Assembly: GCA_963803155.1 (NCBI GenBank)
Contig: CAWDMN010000011.1
Location: 32,264-96,263 of the forward strand
Source of the DNA: an uncultured Acidobacteriota bacterium
GTDB taxonomy: Bacteria > Acidobacteriota > Terriglobia > Versatilivoradales > Versatilivoraceae
Length of the DNA stretch: 64,000 nt
Reading direction: 5' to 3'
Within the stretch, counting starts at the first letter, position 1; every line of letters begins with the position of its first letter. Positions 18,897 through 28,494 of the stretch are shown piece by piece. The notes under the pieces are model-generated. The model had not been told where the DNA came from. It saw only the letters and a list, made by a program, of their open reading frames with translations, and searched no databases. Position numbers and translations under genes: made by a program.

Positions 18897-20912
18897 CTAT
18901 TTTTCAAACCAAACGACGGCCCCTTTTTGGATATCAGGCAAAGTCACGGTCAATTGCTCACCGACCTTTAACATGGGCAAATTTTGGACATTGCCTAAAA
19001 AATCCAGGAACCAGGCTTTAGAAATTTCCCGATCCTTCAATATCACTCGGACGCCTGTTTCAGGAATTTGGATGGGATTTTCTTTTCCCCGGAGCCCTTT
19101 GAGATTAAACAAGAACAGATGGGGCTTCCCGCCCACTTGTGTGATTTGAGTTACGCAGAAAGGCATGGCGACAATTTGAAGCGAAGGCCTGTAGCCGCAT
19201 TGATTCAAGATGTTTTGAAATTTTTTTAGCTGGTCGTCCAATGGGGCGTAGCTTTTGTCGTCAAGCAGGGCCGCTTGATCAAAATATTTCTTTATGGATT
19301 CCTGGTATGCTCTGCCCGGACAATTCGGATCATAAATCCAGAAGCCCGTTCGAGCCATAGGAGTCTGGATGGCTTGAATTGGTTTGCCAGTCAACGATTC
19401 GACAAAACTCTTGGCACGGATTGCTCCCGTTTCGTCACGGATCCCAGTCTCGCCGGTCAAGTACAGTTGGGTTCCTGTCTTGGAGAGACTCCCCAATCGG
19501 GAAATTTCCAGGTTGGAAAGGCATTTGGCGTCCGACACAATCAGGACTTTTCCTTTAAACAGAGCCAGAGTGCGGGGAGTCACCACCTGAAATTCGAGGT
19601 GAGATTGCAGCAACAGGCTAAAAAAACCTTCATAAGATTTTATGAAAGTGTCAGCAAAATAGTTGCGAGTTGAGGGAGAAAAGTAAAGCCCAACCGGCGC
19701 CATGGGAAGACGCGGAGTGTAAAAGGTTTTTTCGTTCCGGGCAATCCAATCGTAGACTAATTTGCGAGTGGGGAGATGGTTGGAACCCGACATCACGTGT
19801 CCTTGGGCATCCCAGCTATTTGTTCCGGCCGCCAATTGGGCCGCAAACAGATTCTTCATGGCTTCCGTGCGATCCACTTGCTCATCTTTTTTGTCCCAGG
19901 AATAGCTGAGCATCCAGGAGGCTTTCCCTTCCGCAAAAGCCCGAAATGAATACATGCCAATCATGTATGAGAGCCAGTCAGAAGGCTGCTTTTGAGCAGC
20001 ATTGCCGTCACCTCCCCCAAATTCATGAGCGATGACATCCAGCACCGAGTACATCTCATAGACGTCTGCGCCGACACGAACCGGCTCGAAATCAATCCCC
20101 GGATAAATCTCGGCAATGGCCTTGCACCTTGGATTTGCCTTTTTGACATTTACGTTCACTTCTTTCATGAACTCGGTCAGGGTTTGGATCCGGAAGTCGA
20201 TCCAGCGGCGAAAGTTGGCGTCGCTGAAATCCCCCAGCTTGACATCTTTTTTGGCGTCCAATCCCGTTTTTATTCGAAAGGCTTCCACGGTGTAATTGTC
20301 AAAGCTGGCCCAGGTGTTTTCCCAACCGTCAAAATGGGTCATCCAGTAAGGGATATCGACGTAAACGCCATCGATCCCGGTGGCCGCAATTTGCCAGACT
20401 TGCTCCATGTAGCGCTGACGCCACTCTTTGGCATATGGGGAGATCCAAACATCTTCATCGCCCTTCCTAACCCAAAAGGCCGATCCTCCGCCAAAAACAG
20501 CGGGACGGTTCGTGAGGTCCCGTTGGACCCAATCGGGATGGTCCTTGAAAAATGAATGGGTGGTTTTATCGGCATTCGCCGTGATGCATTCCAATCCCGC
20601 TATGTAGGCAAATACATAATTGCCGGCTGCATGAGCTTTTTGAGCCATCAAAGCCAGGGCTTCCAACTTTTCCTTGGGATCGAGAAAGCTCTCGTAGCGG
20701 CCGGGAGGATCGTTGTCCACTTCAATCCCGAAAAGGTTGGTTTCCTTGGCGTCCTGGAGGATGCGGTCGACAGCTTTTGAGTTCAAGCCATGTCCGGCCG
20801 TGCGGACATAATGCGTCCAGTCTTGCGGGGACTCTGCAGCTAATGAAAGGGAAGCGGCAAATAACAACAGGCTGCCAATTAAGGCGGAAATTAGATTAAT
20901 ATGCCGATTCAT
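18897..20912 (-). CDS. Secreted putative glycoside hydrolase-like TIM-barrel protein (paralog of 28495..30660)
   Basis: About 671 aa from MNRHINLISALIGSLLLFAASLSLAAES (Sec signal). Shares GIDG[VT]Y[VI]D and an aromatic-rich barrel pattern with the gene at 28495. The upstream in-frame residues are repeat-derived. Confidence 0.45.
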   Translation of the reverse strand: MNRHINLISALIGSLLLFAASLSLAAESPQDWTHYVRTAGHGLNSKAVDRILQDAKETNLFGIEVDNDPPGRYESFLDPKEKLEALALMAQKAHAAGNYVFAYIAGLECITANADKTTHSFFKDHPDWVQRDLTNRPAVFGGGSAFWVRKGDEDVWISPYAKEWRQRYMEQVWQIAATGIDGVYVDIPYWMTHFDGWENTWASFDNYTVEAFRIKTGLDAKKDVKLGDFSDANFRRWIDFRIQTLTEFMKEVNVNVKKANPRCKAIAEIYPGIDFEPVRVGADVYEMYSVLDVIAHEFGGGDGNAAQKQPSDWLSYMIGMYSFRAFAEGKASWMLSYSWDKKDEQVDRTEAMKNLFAAQLAAGTNSWDAQGHVMSGSNHLPTRKLVYDWIARNEKTFYTPRLPMAPVGLYFSPSTRNYFADTFIKSYEGFFSLLLQSHLEFQVVTPRTLALFKGKVLIVSDAKCLSNLEISRLGSLSKTGTQLYLTGETGIRDETGAIRAKSFVESLTGKPIQAIQTPMARTGFWIYDPNCPGRAYQESIKKYFDQAALLDDKSYAPLDDQLKKFQNILNQCGYRPSLQIVAMPFCVTQITQVGGKPHLFLFNLKGLRGKENPIQIPETGVRVILKDREISKAWFLDFLGNVQNLPMLKVGEQLTVTLPDIQKGAVVWFEK

Positions 20913-20941
20913 GAAAACTCCTCCGAAAATCCCGATGCCAG

Positions 20942-20974
20942 AGACCTCACAGGTCTCCAAGACCTGTGAGGTCT
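20942..20974. promoter_or_regulatory. Perfect 15-bp inverted repeat with a 3-nt loop, 30 nt upstream of the start codon of the gene at 18897..20912
   Basis: AGACCTCACAGGTCT-CCA-AGACCTGTGAGGTCT. Each arm is itself quasi-palindromic. It lies in the 5' UTR/operator position of the minus-strand gene. Confidence 0.4.
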
Positions 20975-20989
20975 GTAGATTTTCATTGT

Positions 20990-21160
20990 CTTGTTGTGCC
21001 AGCCACGCTGGCATGTGCAGCTCCTTCGAAAACAGCGGAGATGGAGGCGGGGTGCCCTCACTCCGCCTGGGTTTGCCAAGCGTGCTGAGACGGCCTGAGG
21101 GCAGGCCGCCTCCATCATCCCATTTTCATCCTCTAATTGAGCCAGCCATGCTCGCATACG
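20990..21160. repeat. Repeat family 3, copy b (longest copy)
   Basis: GCCAGCCACGCTGGC palindrome plus GGAGATGGAGGCGGGGTGCCCTCACTCCGCCTGGGTTTGCCAAGCGTGCTGAGACGGCCTGAGGGCAGGCCGCCTCCATCATCCCATTTTCATCCTC. Lies in the spacer between two co-directional genes. Confidence 0.65.
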
Positions 21161-21183
21161 AAACTCTTCTGACAATCCACTCT

Positions 21184-23232
21184 TCATTCAGGCAGGGCTT
21201 CCAGCAACAGATGTTTTTTGAACTCAATATTCAACGTTGCCGTTGGCCCTTCGACTGTCCCTAAGTCTCGCTTATTTTCATAATCGGTCACGCGAAAACG
21301 GCGCGATTCCAAGCCACGGAGTTCCACTGCCCCCTTCCATTCGGGGGAGTAAAAAGCATAATAGATTCGTCCCTCTTTGCGGATGGCGTGAGTTTCCGGC
21401 TTATCAAAACCAATATCGTAAAGAGTTCCGAGGTACTCGCCTTGGGAGAGCATTTTTTCCTGGTAAATCTTAATCCAGCGGTCCCAATACTCCACTTTCT
21501 GTGGACTCAGGGCCAGCTTCTTGTTCTTCGTTGCTCCCACCGGCCAGGTGAAGTTGGTACCTATGACCGCGCCGATGCCTACGCTGGATGCAAAGTCATC
21601 GCCACCATCGCTCATGTCCACATGGTCGCCAAAGTAAGCAGTCTCATCTCCAGCCAGAGCTTTCAGAGTCTTCCCCTTCAAACGAATTTGCCAGGAACTT
21701 CCCGGATCTGAAGCTACCGCCATATTCATGTAGGGCATGGTGAAGAAAGAATAAGCCGTGCCACAAGGGCAAAACTCCACCAGCGCATCGGGCTTGAGGT
21801 TGCGGGCCGCGTCATAAAGGGCTTTGAAAAACAGAGGCATCGCTTCCACCGAGGCTTCGGGGTAAGGATGCCGATGGGCCGGATTGTAACAGGGCGGGGC
21901 GCCGTTCATAAATTGTCCGTCCAGCTTCAATCCGTCAAAGCCCCAATCTTGGATGATTTTTACAACCAGCTTCTTGTGGTATTCCACCACTTCCGGATCG
22001 GCGGGACAGAGATACCAGGAGTCCCAATAGGTGATCTTCTGCTTGGAACCATCCGCGTTGAGCAATAGTTGTTCCGGATGCCGGGTAATAAGCTCCGTTC
22101 CGGGATGCACGGCCAGAGGGGCCCACCAAAGTTGCGCTTTAAATCCTTCGGCGTGGATTTTATCCACCATCGTCTTCATGTCCTGATCGCCCTTGGGGAA
22201 TTTTTGGGGCCGGAGGAACCAGTCTCCCTCCGCGGTTTGCCATCCATCATCCAGGGTCACCCATCGAAAACCGAGTTTCTTCACAATGGGGAAGGTGTTG
22301 TATAGCTGGTCGGGAGTGAAATTCCGGCCATATCCCCAGGCACACCAGATGGGGGCAAAAGCGTCCGGGGGCGCTGGATTAAATTGAATCCCCTGGCGGA
22401 TCATAAAGCGACGGTACTCGGCCAAAGTCCGGAAATAATCTCCCTGATGCACGGCTACGAAGGTGCGCAGCGTCTTCAACGATTCGCCAGGTTTTAACGC
22501 TTGATCCTTCTTATAATGCACGGCTACCGTGGCTTGATCTGACCGTGGCATGAGAACTGGCAATGAAACGAGCTTTGGAGCCAGTTCCACGTGACCAACC
22601 CCAATCCCGATATCTTTGCGCCAGACATCGCTGATTGGAGTCCCTCCACCATAGTCCGAATCATTCATTCCCAAATAGTTTTCTTGTTTGAAACCGGTCT
22701 TTAAAGGAAGAACCCAATCAGGACGCTTCTCGTAGGAGCCACTCTGATAGGACCAGAATGGAGGGTCACCTGCTCCCGGTTGCGCTGTGATTGTAAATTG
22801 ATGGTTCGTCCATCCATTTACGGTCAATTCGGTTTTCCCGCTATTCGTGTACTCGACTTCATAAACGGCCATTTGCGGGAATTCATTGTAGATCGTGACT
22901 GAAAGTTTTTTCTTTAGCGAAGGGCCATCTGCTCTGATCACCAGGCGTTGCCCGGTACCGACGGCGTCCTGAACCTTTTCATTTTTCTGGCTGGAAAGTG
23001 GGAAATCCTGAACCTCCTTTCCATCCACGGTCAGAGTCTCTGAGGGAGTAAAATCTCCTACTGGTTTTTCCTTTCCGTCGAAGACAGCCACAATACGGCT
23101 ATGGGAGATTTCATTAAATTCGATGCGAATGTTTTTCCCTTCGAGCCGTGCCTGCCGGGGTTTTTGCAGCTCACAGGAATTTGACACGAATGCCAAAATA
23201 ACCATCGCCATTATTCGGAATTTCTTGTCCAT
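21184..23232 (-). CDS. Alpha-galactosidase-like glycoside hydrolase, clan GH-D (GH27/GH36-like), exported
   Basis: 682 aa with an N-terminal signal. Motifs WVTLDDGWQ and GFDGLKLDGQ resemble the clan GH-D catalytic barrel (DDCW / DYLKYDNC). Confidence 0.55.
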   Translation of the reverse strand: MDKKFRIMAMVILAFVSNSCELQKPRQARLEGKNIRIEFNEISHSRIVAVFDGKEKPVGDFTPSETLTVDGKEVQDFPLSSQKNEKVQDAVGTGQRLVIRADGPSLKKKLSVTIYNEFPQMAVYEVEYTNSGKTELTVNGWTNHQFTITAQPGAGDPPFWSYQSGSYEKRPDWVLPLKTGFKQENYLGMNDSDYGGGTPISDVWRKDIGIGVGHVELAPKLVSLPVLMPRSDQATVAVHYKKDQALKPGESLKTLRTFVAVHQGDYFRTLAEYRRFMIRQGIQFNPAPPDAFAPIWCAWGYGRNFTPDQLYNTFPIVKKLGFRWVTLDDGWQTAEGDWFLRPQKFPKGDQDMKTMVDKIHAEGFKAQLWWAPLAVHPGTELITRHPEQLLLNADGSKQKITYWDSWYLCPADPEVVEYHKKLVVKIIQDWGFDGLKLDGQFMNGAPPCYNPAHRHPYPEASVEAMPLFFKALYDAARNLKPDALVEFCPCGTAYSFFTMPYMNMAVASDPGSSWQIRLKGKTLKALAGDETAYFGDHVDMSDGGDDFASSVGIGAVIGTNFTWPVGATKNKKLALSPQKVEYWDRWIKIYQEKMLSQGEYLGTLYDIGFDKPETHAIRKEGRIYYAFYSPEWKGAVELRGLESRRFRVTDYENKRDLGTVEGPTATLNIEFKKHLLLEALPE

Positions 23233-23371
23233 GGGTTGCTCCGATTTATTGGAAGTAACTTTTCGTTATAGAGGTCCTGTCCTTCATGGATGTCGAGCAT
23301 CTCCCTCGGACCGCGGGATAATAAGAGACGCAGGAGGTGCACCATTATTGAAGTTTTAGTTGCTGGGGCTG

Positions 23372-24937
23372 CTAATCCGCGAACCCTTGCATGGCTCGTA
23401 GCGTCAATGATCCATCGGGATTGAGCTTTTGTTTGCAGGCCCAAGGCACGGCATATTTCACCCCTTTCACTTCCAACTCAGCTTTTAAAATCATTCCTTT
23501 CCATGGATTGCCTTGGGGCAAAATCATCTGGGCTTGCCGGACTTTGTGAGGCAGAGGGTAACCGGGATCCAGGCATCCGGTGGCAAGGACTTTTCCCTCA
23601 GGAGTCTGCATAGTCAGCCGCAGCACACCCGGCACACCCGCGATGCCGTCGTTGACCACGCCGGCGACGATTCCATGGCATCCATCTTTTTGATAGGCCC
23701 AAATGAAGGAGGGCCGCAGCTTGTAGCCGATTTGACGGGAGATCGTGTCGATCCCTTCGGGGTATTGCTGGTAGTATTTCATAATGTGGTCGGCGTTTAT
23801 ATTGTGCCAGTTCCATAGCGACCAGTAATTAGCGCCAACATCCATCACGTGAGCAATGATGTTCTCGGTGTGGGGGACACCGTCCTCAATTCTCAATGAC
23901 TTGGGAGACCCGTCCGACATTCCAACCTCACAGACGGCCGCGGTCCACGGAGGACGATTGCTGAGCGCTTCGATCTGTTCGTTCTCGATGAAGATTGTAT
24001 CCGTGCGAATCCAGTTGTGGGAGCGGACGGTCCGGTCGAGCAAGTCGGAGTTTCCCACCAGGCTGAAGTCGGGTTGGGTATTGGTCACCAAAGGCGTTTT
24101 CGTCCAGTGTTCGATTTGAATTTCCAGCATGTCCATCCAGGTTCGCGTGGCTGCAGTGGTGTCAGGGAACGGAGTGTTTTTGAATGGCCAAGTGTGGCCT
24201 TCCCCCCAGAAGCCGTACATGTAGGTGTCCACGAATTCGATCAAGGGATTTCCATTATACTCGGCTGCCATCAGCCCATCAAATTCACGCCAGGCTTCCT
24301 GAAAGAAGGGGTGGTCATATCGAGGTTCGAGAAAATCTTTTGGATGGGAACCGCGCCGCCATTCCCCCTCCAGCTTGACCATGGGAACTTTATCCAGTAC
24401 GAAATCCGGCAGAGAAGGATCCGGAATGTCGGGATTGCTCAGGAAGACGCGGAATGCCACCCGTTTGCTATATTTCTTGGCCATGTCCAATGTCAGCTTC
24501 CAATAGTCCGGCATTTCCAACTTTCCACGCACCTTTTGCAATTCCCGCCAGGTGACCCGGATGTAGAGCTTTTGCCCCATGGGAATTTGGGCCAGTTTTT
24601 CTATGCTCTGTTCCAAGGTTTCCCCTTTGATTTTGGGAGCCAACAAATCGCCGGCAATGTAGGTGATCAGCCCCTTGCCAAATCCAGGCACAATCCCATT
24701 GTTGGGGGTAGTAGCCATTACGACCGAACTGCCGGGCAGAACTTCTTCTGGAGCATATTGGGGAAAAGGGCCTTGATTGAGGCGATCCCTGACGATTGGG
24801 CCGGAACCGAAATCATATTTGTCCCAAACGTGGGCGGGAACAAAAGCCTGGCTGGAAGCAGGACTCAAGCCAACCGCAGCCGTGGCCATTGCTCCGGATT
24901 TCAAAAAGAATCTGCGATTCAACATTAATCCTCCCAT
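23372..24937 (-). CDS. Tat-exported hypothetical protein, possible carbohydrate-active enzyme
   Basis: 521 aa. Twin-arginine signal MLNRRFFLKSGAMATAAVG. No family recognised. Confidence 0.4.
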   Translation of the reverse strand: MGGLMLNRRFFLKSGAMATAAVGLSPASSQAFVPAHVWDKYDFGSGPIVRDRLNQGPFPQYAPEEVLPGSSVVMATTPNNGIVPGFGKGLITYIAGDLLAPKIKGETLEQSIEKLAQIPMGQKLYIRVTWRELQKVRGKLEMPDYWKLTLDMAKKYSKRVAFRVFLSNPDIPDPSLPDFVLDKVPMVKLEGEWRRGSHPKDFLEPRYDHPFFQEAWREFDGLMAAEYNGNPLIEFVDTYMYGFWGEGHTWPFKNTPFPDTTAATRTWMDMLEIQIEHWTKTPLVTNTQPDFSLVGNSDLLDRTVRSHNWIRTDTIFIENEQIEALSNRPPWTAAVCEVGMSDGSPKSLRIEDGVPHTENIIAHVMDVGANYWSLWNWHNINADHIMKYYQQYPEGIDTISRQIGYKLRPSFIWAYQKDGCHGIVAGVVNDGIAGVPGVLRLTMQTPEGKVLATGCLDPGYPLPHKVRQAQMILPQGNPWKGMILKAELEVKGVKYAVPWACKQKLNPDGSLTLRAMQGFAD

Positions 24938-24997
24938 GAATTAAAGAGCTGCTTTTGTCAATTAGGATAAGCCCCCCCAGTTAATGGATCTTGAGTC

Positions 24998-27376
24998 TTA
25001 CCATTTCAAGACGAATGAGGCGGATCCTTGATATTCGGGCAATTCCAGACAGTATTCCAGATTGGCTAATTCGAGGGCGATGGGCTTTCCATTGAAGAGG
25101 ATTTCCTTGGGTTTTCGAGCGCTCCTGAAAACCAATCGGCGTTCGGCCTGGATCCCTGAATCCAGCGTCAAGGTGAGTCTATCGGCCTGTTCTTCGATCC
25201 CCACAATGGGAACGGTTGCGACAGACAATGCTAAGCCAGGCCGGGTTAACGGGATATATCTCAGATTCCGATCGGAAGTGACGAAACCGGATAATTTACC
25301 ATCTCCCATCCGGTTATACTCCTGCCAATCAGCGTGCAAAACCAATCCGGGAGTGGGTAGCTGCAGGGCAAAACGCGCTTTGCTCCTGGTGAGAAGCTGG
25401 AATTCCACTGCATTTCCATTGCGGCGGACGAATGGCATGCGGCTCGAGACATAGGTCAGATGCGGCATTCGGGCACCCTGCGCCGTCAGGCTTATCTCAA
25501 TGCTGTTCCTGCCAGGCTTTAAATTGGGGAGAATAACAACTTGGTCGGAAAAAGCGTCGTGTGGCCGGCCATTCACCAGTGCCGATTGAATTTTGTCGGT
25601 GGTGTTTTCAATCCGGATTCCCATCCCACCGATGAACTCAGCCGTACTCGGTCGAGTTAAACTAGACAGATCCAGGATAATCTCCATACCATCGGCCTTC
25701 TGTACCCAAGAATAATTCCATCCGGCCAAGGCGCGCAGTTTTTCGGCCACTTCATAAGGGCCGGGACAATAAATGGGATGCGTCGCGAACTTCGATTTTA
25801 AGGCCTCATACATAGCGAGGTTGGAACTGTTACCAATTCGAAATGGCTTGCCGGATTCCTCTGCCTGATTCTTGGGTCTTCGCAGGGGCATGGATGAAAT
25901 ACCGTAATCGTGCCACATTTCGTTGTAAATATAACCTCGGCCAACGTTGTTGAAGAGATGGTCGAAGGTTGCTTCCTGGTGATTGGTGATTTGGGCGGTA
26001 GTGTAGCTCCAAGATGTGTCGTAAAACCACTGCCAATCCGGGGAGGGCGTGTCGTCGAGGACCACCAGATCTTTATATTTCCCTGTGAACCAGGTGATTA
26101 CTCCGGACCCGATGGGAGTATCCTGCTCAAATCCATGGGTCATGATCAGTTGGAATCGTTTGGCTAATTCCTCGTAATCGCTATTCATAATGGTGTCCCC
26201 GGGATTGATGAACAGATCCACTTTTCCGGTATGAGCGCCATTGGCCGTCATGTTAGTCTCAATTTCCTCGATGGAACCATCCAGTTCCTCCCGGTATTTT
26301 TGTGGATCCATGCCCGAATGGATCCGGTGAAACTTGCTGTGGGTGCCGATCTGACCGCCCAAATCTTCCAATTGTTGGCCGAGGATCGCCAGCTCATTCC
26401 AGCCGGCATTTTTGCCTTCGCTGGAAACCCAGCAATAAAGAGGCACCACACCGCTCTCTCGGGCGGTTTTGAAAAGAAAGTCGAACGCCTGTTTTTGATA
26501 ATCCAGATTTTTCGTTAAATCCGCATCCAGACGAATAACGGCTGCCATATTGGCGTTCGCAAATTGTGGGGCAGGGAATGGCCCCGGCAAATCCCCATAG
26601 AGAGCCCAGTAAACCGAACGGACCAAGGCATTCACCACTTGATTGGCAAAAAAGCCATTGGGTGCTTCATTGCGAAAGATGGAAGTGGCGCCGGCAAAGG
26701 TGGTAGCATCGCTGATCAAAACTATGCGGCTCTTGCCTGCGTCACGGCAGGAGAGAAAGGGGAAAGATTCCCGCGCATTGGTGCTCACGAGCAGCACTTT
26801 CCCGCCGGAAGAAAATTGTTGTACTTGGAGAGACTTGGCAAGCGGCTGACTCAAATACTGAGAGCGCTCAAAAGTACGCGTAATGGAATGGTTGCTGTCG
26901 GAAACCTGAATCCGAAATGTGGCATCCCCCTTTGGCCCGAGAATCGAGATTCCGAGAAGGGTCCAAAGTCCAGCCGGATTCTGCGCCTGACCCTCTTTTG
27001 TATAGGCTGCCAAAGGACCATCCATTATGAGTTGGCCACCCCGGCCAAGATAACTTTCCAGAATAGGCTTGAGTTGTTGGACCGTCGTGGGATCCACGAC
27101 AGTGCATTGAGCAAGAACTAATAATGAATAGGCGCTCAAGGGCTGGCCGGATGCAATCTCCTCCAGGAAAAGCGTGTCATAAGGAATACCTGCAAGGTTG
27201 GCAATCCCCACCCAACCATGACCGGACATTTGCGTGGCCTCCCACGCTTTTTCAAAGCTGCTCTTGCTGATTACCACGGCCATGCGAGGCTTATCGAAGG
27301 TGGCTGCCAACAGTGATGGCGGAAGAAATAGGAGAATCAAAATGACATAGATCAGCCGAAACCCAAACATTGTCAT
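24998..27376 (-). CDS. Exported hypothetical protein (large, ~790 aa), possible carbohydrate esterase/hydrolase
   Basis: Sec signal MTMFGFRLIYVILILLFLPPSLLAATF after a GAGAGGA ribosome-binding site. No confident family assignment. Confidence 0.4.
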   Translation of the reverse strand: MTMFGFRLIYVILILLFLPPSLLAATFDKPRMAVVISKSSFEKAWEATQMSGHGWVGIANLAGIPYDTLFLEEIASGQPLSAYSLLVLAQCTVVDPTTVQQLKPILESYLGRGGQLIMDGPLAAYTKEGQAQNPAGLWTLLGISILGPKGDATFRIQVSDSNHSITRTFERSQYLSQPLAKSLQVQQFSSGGKVLLVSTNARESFPFLSCRDAGKSRIVLISDATTFAGATSIFRNEAPNGFFANQVVNALVRSVYWALYGDLPGPFPAPQFANANMAAVIRLDADLTKNLDYQKQAFDFLFKTARESGVVPLYCWVSSEGKNAGWNELAILGQQLEDLGGQIGTHSKFHRIHSGMDPQKYREELDGSIEEIETNMTANGAHTGKVDLFINPGDTIMNSDYEELAKRFQLIMTHGFEQDTPIGSGVITWFTGKYKDLVVLDDTPSPDWQWFYDTSWSYTTAQITNHQEATFDHLFNNVGRGYIYNEMWHDYGISSMPLRRPKNQAEESGKPFRIGNSSNLAMYEALKSKFATHPIYCPGPYEVAEKLRALAGWNYSWVQKADGMEIILDLSSLTRPSTAEFIGGMGIRIENTTDKIQSALVNGRPHDAFSDQVVILPNLKPGRNSIEISLTAQGARMPHLTYVSSRMPFVRRNGNAVEFQLLTRSKARFALQLPTPGLVLHADWQEYNRMGDGKLSGFVTSDRNLRYIPLTRPGLALSVATVPIVGIEEQADRLTLTLDSGIQAERRLVFRSARKPKEILFNGKPIALELANLEYCLELPEYQGSASFVLKW

Positions 27377-27429
27377 GGCGCATCCTCTCGCAAAGATGTT
27401 GCGTTCAGGATTCGAGACATCGAGCACGG

Positions 27430-28470
27430 TTACTTGAGGTTGCCGGCTGGTTTTTCAGCCAACATTTTTTCAACCAAGGGAAGAATGTTTTTATCGATCC
27501 AAGCGTCATCCGTTCCAGCCTCAACACCTTCAAATAACATCCAATCCTCAACATGCTCCGCAGCTTGACCGGGTTGAAGCGTGGTGAGCGGGGCCAGGCT
27601 TTCCAGTTCCAGAAAACCCGGGTCAGTGTAGAGCTCAAAGTTGCAACCATAGTCCGGATATTTGGCAGCCGAAAGCGGAACCGCTTGTTTTACGAAGAGC
27701 CGGCCATTGCGGAAGTAAGCGCCCCAACCGGCGGCAGCATAAATTCCCCCCATCTGTTCTTTAAAGCGGCCTGCCGGTTTAGGGTCTGCCAGCAGCTGGA
27801 TATACTTCGGACCCAACCGCCAACGCGAATCGGTCAGATCGGTGTAAGACCAGACGGCGAATACACTTTCCGGCAACAAGTGATCTTTGCCGATGGGCGC
27901 CCGTGGTGGCAGTGGCAAGATAGCCCGGCCGCCAGAAGGCATGACCGACAAACCCCAAGGCGCCAGTTCTGTTGCCTCTTTTGAACGATTGGTGATGCGG
28001 TGCAGCACTCTCACCCGGCTACCCGTCGAGGCAAGAGTTATTTCAAGAGATTTTTGAAGTCCCGTAACCATGGGACCTTTATCTTCGACAGGCGCCGTAA
28101 GCAATAAAGAATTTCCATCGATTCGGGCTTCGACTTCCACATTGTCCGGATAATATGTTCGTTCCACTTCCGGCGAGGCCAGCAGCCGGTGGCCTCCATA
28201 GCTGTGGAATTCCCGGCCGCCGGTTCTGCCGGCTTCGGTCGTGAATTCATGAAATTCATTGCCTTTGCTTATAAATCCGTAATGGAGAATACGCGGCCCC
28301 ACGTCAGCAACAACCAGCAATTCCACGGTTCCATTGGTCATTCGGTAAACCTTTTTCCAGCCGTGGTATTCGTTTTTATTGATCCGAATGGCCGCCGCTC
28401 CCATGTGGGACAGGGAAAAGAGCAACAGGCTCAGCCAAGATATTTTTATGAAATTTCTTTTAAGGCGCAT
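27430..28470 (-). CDS. Exported hypothetical protein
   Basis: 346 aa from MRLKRNFIKISWLSLLLFSLSHMGAAA (signal), GAGGAG ribosome-binding site. Tightly packed in the locus. Confidence 0.4.
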   Translation of the reverse strand: MRLKRNFIKISWLSLLLFSLSHMGAAAIRINKNEYHGWKKVYRMTNGTVELLVVADVGPRILHYGFISKGNEFHEFTTEAGRTGGREFHSYGGHRLLASPEVERTYYPDNVEVEARIDGNSLLLTAPVEDKGPMVTGLQKSLEITLASTGSRVRVLHRITNRSKEATELAPWGLSVMPSGGRAILPLPPRAPIGKDHLLPESVFAVWSYTDLTDSRWRLGPKYIQLLADPKPAGRFKEQMGGIYAAAGWGAYFRNGRLFVKQAVPLSAAKYPDYGCNFELYTDPGFLELESLAPLTTLQPGQAAEHVEDWMLFEGVEAGTDDAWIDKNILPLVEKMLAEKPAGNLK

Positions 28471-28494
28471 ACTCTCCTCTCTATTCGGCATTCT

